From a virus: DNA of 64,000 nt. Where the stretch lies: positions 1 through 64,000 of IMG/VR virus record IMGVR_UViG_3300036770_001342, one strand, 5' to 3'. This document shows positions 60,701-64,000 of the stretch, in pieces. The position numbers and the translations under genes were made by a program. The notes beneath the pieces were generated by a model, which worked only from the letters and a program-made list of their open reading frames with translations, searched no databases and was not told where the DNA came from. Position 1 is the first letter of the stretch; each line of letters starts with the position of its first letter.

Positions 60701-63700
60701 GGGCACAGTTTGTCCGGTAGTTAAACCTACGATACCAGGATTACCTGTTAATAAATTTTGATTGAGTTTAAATTCTATAAAGTTGTTATTAAGAACACCG
60801 CCAAATGTACCGGACATGATTGCCCAGTTTTCATAGATGTTATAATCTATACCACCTTGAGGTAAGTTTGCGCCTTTAAACACACTCAATGCTGAACGAG
60901 TACCTTTTTCTTTAATAAAGTTTTTATAAACATTTACTTGAGTAATGTCAGTTAAATCTGCGCTTGCCATGTAAGGTCTTGATCTAAAACCAATCAAACT
61001 AAACGCTACTTGATCACCATCTTCTTCTAAATTTGCTTCATTGGTATTATAATACAATGCGCTTTCGTAACTGCGTGTACTACTATTTGGTAACAGTCCC
61101 TTTTGTATTTCGTTATAATCTGTCTCTTTCCATTCAGTTTCTTTAAATTCTTTACTTGGTTGAACTATTGTTAATGCTGTAAAATACTTGTTTTTAAATT
61201 TGACAATAGCACCCTTAGTATATTTTGTATTCTCGCGCCATTCTTCAATATTATCTTGGTTATAAATGAAACCACTAGCAAACATAGTACCGTTCCATTC
61301 GGCACTCTTAGTACCTTGCAGGAATATACGATTTTGCTTTAAGCCAGATATTAAGTTATAAACAACATCACCGAATATAGTAGTATTATCAAAAACTATA
61401 CCATGTTCGATATTACTTAAATTAAATTGTCCATACGCAATACTATCACCTACGTTTAATGCAGACACACTAAACAAAGTACCATCTCTTACTATTGATA
61501 AGTCTTTTGATTCTATAGGATATAAGTTTTGATTTAATACAAAGTTTGTTTGTCTAAATGTTAGTGGTTGGACAATTTGACTTTCCTTGTCAACAACTAA
61601 CGTATTTGCAGCAGGGTTAAGTGTAACAATGCTCCCTACACTCCAACCTACTTGAGTCCAATATAAGAATTCTGCAACCATCTGTTCCCAATTAATTTCA
61701 AGACCAGATTCAATGATATCAAATTTGGCTCCTATAGACTTCAAATAAGCACCATAACTCATTAAAAACTGTGAAACTTCTTGTGCTGTATAAAATACTG
61801 TGCCGTATGGTATTAATTTAACTGTGCTAGAATAATCATCAGCAACTTTTACAGTTTGATCTTCTACTGTAATAGTTTTACTGTTTGAATTAATAACAGG
61901 TGATAAAGTTTTAAAGTAGTTAGTAGTTTGACTATTACCAAATATTTTATAGCCTTCTGATGTAAGTTGTACAATTACTGCGCTATAAACTAGTTTATCA
62001 TATGGTTGATTTTCATATAACAATATCTGATAACTTTCATCAGGAATCAATAGTGATGAATTTTGAGATCCGGGTGTTCCTTTTTCAACAAAAAACTTCA
62101 ACAATGTTTTGTCACTAAAACCTGCAAGACGATATACTAATCTTACATCTAAGTTAGTTAATAAGTTTTTAATATTTGTAGTAGCATCAACGCCTAATTG
62201 TTTTTCGTAATCTACGATCCAATTAATGTAACTAGTTTTTGCGGTGCCATTACCATAAATTTGTACATCTTGAGGAACTAAATGATTTCTGTCGTCAATT
62301 AAAAATTGATTAAATTCTTGATTGTATTTGTAGTTGTCAATGTCTACGCCTAAATTGAAGAAATTAGCAGGCTTCAATAATGCTTGCAAACGCATTAAAT
62401 CATATGGCCAAGTTGAACTACGACGATAACTAAATTCAACCGGTCCTACATCTCCTATAGTCCAATCGCGCTGGAATGTGTTTGGATTATAATTACCTAC
62501 TAATGCGAATAATGGATTAATTAATTCACCTTGATCATTTACAGGTAAAATGTTTAATAAACCCGGACGCTTATAGATTTCGATCTCAATAGGATCGCCG
62601 TTATTCCAGTCAAGACCATTTTCCATATCTTGCCATAATATTAAGTTATCGCTAGTATATGGGGCAGGACCATAACGTGTTTCCCACCATGCTGGCTTGT
62701 TAGCATAACCTATCATTTGCCAAGGAGTAGCGTTAGGTGTACTTGTATCGAAATAATACAAATATATACCGCGCCAGTTACCCTGCTGTACTATTGTTTT
62801 GTTTAACTTATCTCTGCTATTAGTATAATTGTATGTGTACTCGTTGGTGCTCAAATACAATTGAGTTTTATAGTCTAATCTGTTTTGTCCTACCCAATCT
62901 AAAAATGTTGCGCTGTACATGTTTAACCATTCATCATAGTTAACAGTAGAACTTCTAAAATAACCCGGAATAATATCTGCTGCTTGAATTGGAATAGTGT
63001 TGCTTAATTTTAAGTTATTGTAAACTCTAGTTTCAAATTCTAGTAATACTTGATCTCTATAATCAATTAATCCCAATACAGGATCATAATTTCCATATAG
63101 TTTTGTGTAGGAACCGTCGTGACCAACAATAAAATAAGTTGGTTGATTATATGAATTATCTAATACTACTTCTGGTACGCTTGCAGGATACAAACCTAAT
63201 TTAGTAGGAGTATTAGGTATGTAACTTCCATAAGTCTGATTATACTCTTTAATAATAATCTTATCGCCATTAATCAAATCTTTTGTTACAATTAATGAAG
63301 GAGTATCAGTGCTTATAGTATAGTCAATATTCTTAATTAATTGTTTAGTTACAGTAGTACCTTGCAGTTTAGTTTCCAAATATACTAATACACCATCATA
63401 ATTGGCTGTAGTAAAATTATAAATTTTGCTTAGTGGGAACGTGGTTGTGTCAATATTATTAAAGAACGTATAGGTGTTAGTTATAAACGCTGCCTTATTT
63501 GGTATCATGTCTGACCAAAAGAAAGGCATCTCTTGATTTTTTACGCTTGTAATTTCGTCTAACGCTTCATCTAATAATGCTGATGGATTGTATCTTTGTT
63601 GCCAATCGATTTTGTTAGCGGTTTCTACTAATAAATTTTTAAATTTTATATATTCTCTGCTATTATACAATAATGAGTCAAATAAACTATGTTCCGCTTG

Positions 63701-64000
63701 ACGTAAAAATGCTCCAGGCAATACTAAACTTGCACTGTTTTGAATAATTCTGTTTCCCCATGGAATAATATTACCTAAATCTCTAGTATTGTTTGCACCA
63801 AATACTTGACCTGTTGTATTTGGGTTGTTGTAGAAAATACTCTGATAATGACCACGAATATCACCGATGTCAACTGTTGTTACATCAGAATTGAATGGGT
63901 TGTTACTTAAATTGATAGGTATAGAATAATAAGCATTCTGACTGGTTTGATTGCTTAAAAGTGCAACTTGAATAACTGTTTCAAACAGTGCAGGAATCTG
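48791..64000 (-). CDS. Giant virion structural protein (baseplate wedge/tail-associated), >5,069 aa, 5' end outside the window
   Basis: Frame is open from 63721 to 64000 by manual translation; EVKPYHVVI motif, FG-GAP-like and BNR/YCF48-like propeller repeats, ~11 FGG..YYV..F.IS modules. Confidence 0.85.
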   Translation of the reverse strand, partial: QIPALFETVIQVALLSNQTSQNAYYSIPINLSNNPFNSDVTTVDIGDIRGHYQSIFYNNPNTTGQVFGANNTRDLGNIIPWGNRIIQNSASLVLPGAFLRQAEHSLFDSLLYNSREYIKFKNLLVETANKIDWQQRYNPSALLDEALDEITSVKNQEMPFFWSDMIPNKAAFITNTYTFFNNIDTTTFPLSKIYNFTTANYDGVLVYLETKLQGTTVTKQLIKNIDYTISTDTPSLIVTKDLINGDKIIIKEYNQTYGSYIPNTPTKLGLYPASVPEVVLDNSYNQPTYFIVGHDGSYTKLYGNYDPVLGLIDYRDQVLLEFETRVYNNLKLSNTIPIQAADIIPGYFRSSTVNYDEWLNMYSATFLDWVGQNRLDYKTQLYLSTNEYTYNYTNSRDKLNKTIVQQGNWRGIYLYYFDTSTPNATPWQMIGYANKPAWWETRYGPAPYTSDNLILWQDMENGLDWNNGDPIEIEIYKRPGLLNILPVNDQGELINPLFALVGNYNPNTFQRDWTIGDVGPVEFSYRRSSTWPYDLMRLQALLKPANFFNLGVDIDNYKYNQEFNQFLIDDRNHLVPQDVQIYGNGTAKTSYINWIVDYEKQLGVDATTNIKNLLTNLDVRLVYRLAGFSDKTLLKFFVEKGTPGSQNSSLLIPDESYQILLYENQPYDKLVYSAVIVQLTSEGYKIFGNSQTTNYFKTLSPVINSNSKTITVEDQTVKVADDYSSTVKLIPYGTVFYTAQEVSQFLMSYGAYLKSIGAKFDIIESGLEINWEQMVAEFLYWTQVGWSVGSIVTLNPAANTLVVDKESQIVQPLTFRQTNFVLNQNLYPIESKDLSIVRDGTLFSVSALNVGDSIAYGQFNLSNIEHGIVFDNTTIFGDVVYNLISGLKQNRIFLQGTKSAEWNGTMFASGFIYNQDNIEEWRENTKYTKGAIVKFKNKYFTALTIVQPSKEFKETEWKETDYNEIQKGLLPNSSTRSYESALYYNTNEANLEEDGDQVAFSLIGFRSRPYMASADLTDITQVNVYKNFIKEKGTRSALSVFKGANLPQGGIDYNIYENWAIMSGTFGGVLNNNFIEFKLNQNLLTGNPGIVGLTTGQTVPGAQQVVPLYSLTNYGQPVNNSNVLPTISQYTPSTVFPDAGYVNFNDVKMSAYFFEQLSVGVNQNGIIVPINDFYVGDYVWIANYLAKWQVMTPNVIAQVIEANANLNGTTTIVFDRPHNLNQFDIFAIINFDNSVNGYYVATQIVNPYQVIVPLVLSNSVRTVTGQGIAYNFSSQRVNQPSDIQNLNLLSKEFVQNTAWVDLNNDGGWAVYRKGINYKYDADFSIENSVTFGSSVAFTSKGDYLFGDAGTGNVYRFQYDALNKVYEQDQTITNDVSFGTNIAYAQNVYAISQATVDPTIYFYYVNDTTITDDIEIFGTVLSAPAGSTNFGTGLAMSGDANWLYVSDYDTNPLNIRNKVHAYRRNNSIVNADALTTGLTYQITALGTTDFTALGAVENKVGIYFVYNGIAATGTGTATNIDYEFVTTIESPEITPDKFGSVIATNYYGNVVVVGSPEYDYDVNTENWGRAYVFNRMIQNFEVQENSTSTPSTFTLAFTPTGSQDPIIYRNGRIVSNTEYTIVGTSLSYTGTLKAGDILEINSCNFNLAQVLTTETNPRIGVMFGTGLDTNKFGNEIIVGAPFALNSTNEEGAAYRFTNAGARFGIVVGTENVNLTTSRDLLINGYLVTLPAGDSDLAALTINQAKITNIEAVSSNGKLIISVIDQNLATLNEKLLLSATDLTTFTELGLTLYTQTQVLQCPHLTGPTQFGYAVAFNESNSVVISAPSGTRYAQTTFDFVDDDDYSNDLVFDNNATQFVDSYPNAGAVYMYDYLANYEENLNNIGAYTYAQSVNAKDQVYGSQPYYGRVLDFNENKVIIGTPNYRPDDIDGQVIVYINELGIPNWSVYRQTNPIVDIDRIQNIQIYNTENNQTLINMDYFDPLQGKLLGAIRQNIDTISNIDPATYNNETNTQSGFVWGAEQTGTIWLDTTNMRFVNYHQNDNVYNSKYWGTLFPGSDVAVYTWVGSNVLPTEYQGPGTPRDVNSYTVQTIINSSNTIQPIYYFWVRNSGLVLGNKTLADVNIAAYIASPISSGITYFAPVDTNVFALYNSQQYINAQESVLHIGYSNGQNDDPSHQSYQLIREDFASDFLPGFVNPTQGIFEPRGLYDRLLDSLAGVDEEGGVLPDPFLPKLVQTGVLARPRQSFFYDRYTALQNYLQYANTVLSLFPITEIRPLISFLNEKGDYYDTTLYWERVNWWSPGYNDNTKAAIQVEFYADLSTLTVATGTIVAVNQNSQGFTEYYRLDENNVWTRIGLQNGTIRFKTELWDYSEGQTGYGDDFYGTTPYDQYPSRETRNIIRALNEQIYTDDLLIYRNKSLILLFEYIQTETVENQNYLPWLNKTSLVDVSHKIRELVPLQNFKSDNQEFLAGYVNEVKPYHVVIKEFLFEYTGEDIYQGNITDFDLPAAYDSATQSFITPQLVYSNPNQQDEFLPDDAVWELPQYTEWRNNYGVSLVGQENYLITETASYLPIGATFLIVDNAQGFPINGTIKIADVENPSRFEIIGYSSVDTNTNTLFGLTRGLNGTPEYDHIPGENVFIDLPPVVVLDGGRGYSNPPRVLAQIDLTKYPAPKEEAVLEAVMSLDSVVGINVINPGIGYAALPNIVIDPAATFTFTSDNVTAVESTIELYAPALQTGDLVRYVNVTGENIGGLENNQYYYINVLSNSPLTILALYANYSDALRDQNRVEIYSQGTGSNHKFELGAKASAVSSSYPIRENNITLRFDRTTYESQITDWVPGSFYGAFFAGSYNNTENVSSSSIDLQSTLPPINTILASNDGLVLPIVNVDNEREIDWSEFERTVANTSSSDIITLDVDVITENASGSTIGFTIGMPIKFIGIPGTSLIVPGTTYYVNEIINETQFKISATQYGPVYNVGDSSSATNLKCYTAQVIDTAIISTYYPGIRNVTATNSTNSVVTIPLTEIGTGGTTGLYTGIPIVFTGNVFGGIEEHVVYFVSAVLDKENFTISDTDEFVRIKALSINASNQIIVQNTTSLNVNDRIVFSNMTVEGEPVTSWGNIQQGNIYYVKTIDVNVITISETLGGSTFALTPVTSNSQTYCFFVDQETNFALTTANGNMTVNIQLPASPGQVDGQLFTFYPTSNQFTNITATNYGNLIERMIDHTSTAANLITLTHKSGGTTGMYIGMPITVDENIGGLIAGTTYTIEEIDEIKIAITNSSASSNTFTVDGTTSSLYENMPIVFSGNPLGSIIIGVTYYVKDIIDSTKFTIKDSLTGDTIALTTNNGSMIGTGPDYVKVNVAITSDDYGPATLSQKITVDPVFDVSYILGGYKVLISNPGAGLTANNTITIPGNLLGGSSPKNDLTIKVNKIDAIVPGTFSWSLPIESNGNIVSVICSGKPNAVTNNYYLKVITANQFKVYSDPRMTIPVSGLTLGYQGATVSTVSSVASNGVITLNDVSEFNLNSAVVFTGNVFGNITLGQTYYITNIDTGSSTITISDEPGGLPVTTSVESGSMTVASSGSFMFLPEPFYFNQSIVKYNNRVYICVVSNNDDQFVFGKWEELNSGDRRLNAMDRVKGYYQPTINMPGTDLNQLFTGVTYPNTTYKGNAFDPADQYDIDTILQDQIFYPENVSINGIAWNGVNYISPANLPNYTAIAKDMEVTDDWLLGRLSNKPLNITDIIKTDDLYVMTSTNSATPILTSTDANGWSINGFFVPFGVEDNELEFERKLLIQSKLAFNNVAYGNGKYVAVGQNICTSDSAVNWVETYKFTTGNTGYIYDVAYVETATFTGFIAVGTKNSNKLVLQSIDGEIWTETLAFINTGATFAQRTAPLKSVTFGNNIVVLAGDLGVVYRSIPGGYAFQGAYGSATSWNSSAYGDGVFAIVGNNGKLITSVNGLTWTEKTTGTTENLNKIYYNSDKNEWTIAGNNNTLFQTSNMNADPIVWDRTQLFSIPDPAYTIKGDPFMSGYGPEELVPGIVTDQLTMTVTTRPGTNWPATEYAHVGYNVVSIELDYDSSGEYSFADVVEVPSSIAVYITDNSLSTAIYPNNDYVVDYVNKTITLNTNITETQQLRVDVYEVGNGDQLVKSNTQIDPLRDNSNTGFQEIWLNCNYTADRLNGSGIIRPTTDPTSTEAIATDSLLNTITVNDVSIFTLNDDVYFTGEVFGGLNENTPYYVKTIDSVQKTITVSDSINEGIAGPIFDLTSDTGSGMIAVAQNGPGLYWTPPAVFYNGNKLINGDTNLVIRSKASDNSLITYSTVGLLPNQKIIFDNNIFGGLIPHKTYYIKEVLSGGTQFTVSDTVGGPAVTLTNALGKSNFITEDYAVMLADNQISAKVVFASEYDTSVDYISFTFFGETLPTQYGYTLPQTQVFAGNGTKGSYYLTNYLGEDNDTNAIVEVNGLRIMPDQYTINYNQAVLVFDTLEPTVNDTIAVTTFNDTQRQYLNTQYELSPINVTAINNVYNTITQPLLDTQTSSAVGGYFIADSTTNMVIGQNVLFQIDIPGSSPVYQGFGGVNTDGTEYKVHEVISGNRFKVIDENGLEYPTVNDSGLMHVAVGGQPAVRVQTAVPHLLSTNDLVRIDGIQGSVQLNNNLFYVHVINSEQFDLYQYFPEHPEENYSPYVDAVNYPITISDSYISGGYVWPSDTWILETTRVTSCTSTELEVQNILPLVLYTPVYFTESNVKLGTSTSIPQIIAGEKYYISSIDHDNNKISVSETINGAPILLTPQLSTNIVLTQWEQTNVDRLWVTVNGKRVPSSELRLNAANEVSILAPIGIDDEIVITSMMPSATPNEMVYVNTVDKNNQGTVYRANSDSRTWLTEVLTEYQNIVYVNDINNLTFKSVQTNVAPIKEAGYYYIPLNADKNDIIDVSVYNNTLGREGLIEEDFLQLEVRSTGPYIRIQEGDWIEQGDLLTITVYEGKLIYMQGEYMRVLSVDQFTNSMEVERGANGSGIQVYIPKYTEVYSFLDKNTMTNINYNDTWNKIPGIYNTTQGDPLQIAEGSAPNFLRLDV

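Noticed and set aside
1-64000. Stop-codon reassignment as seen in some large phages
   Set aside because: The standard code gives near-complete coding density, and TAA, TGA and TAG all end genes cleanly

Overview
A 64-kb, AT-rich, densely coding segment of a large tailed dsDNA phage (jumbo or T4-superfamily-like). Evidence: TAAATA late-promoter motifs in most intergenic gaps, baseplate/tail genes, thyA, and a two-component spanin pair implying a Gram-negative host. Nearly everything is on the - strand. From right to left: (i) a >5,000-aa virion protein running off the window edge, then tail/baseplate genes; (ii) a ~28-kb, tightly coupled, apparently late-expressed glycan/small-molecule modification operon (glycosyltransferase-like genes, four tandem SPASM/twitch radical SAM enzymes, four SGNH-like proteins, a rare-sugar cassette, UDP-sugar dehydrogenase, carbamoyltransferase, a 2,097-aa protein with ~20 tandem repeats, SAM decarboxylase); (iii) an unassigned ~165-nt non-coding RNA with a tRNA-like 3' domain, a DNA methyltransferase, and a circularly permuted (two-piece) tmRNA with tag ANDDVYSLAA; (iv) a nucleotidyltransferase-ParB fusion, an APS-kinase-like gene, a sigma70-driven early island (AAA ATPase + vWA), thyA, sugar epimerase and aminotransferase, a sulfotransferase-like gene, spanins and small virion proteins. 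All protein calls come from motif recognition by eye; no database searches or folding programs were run.
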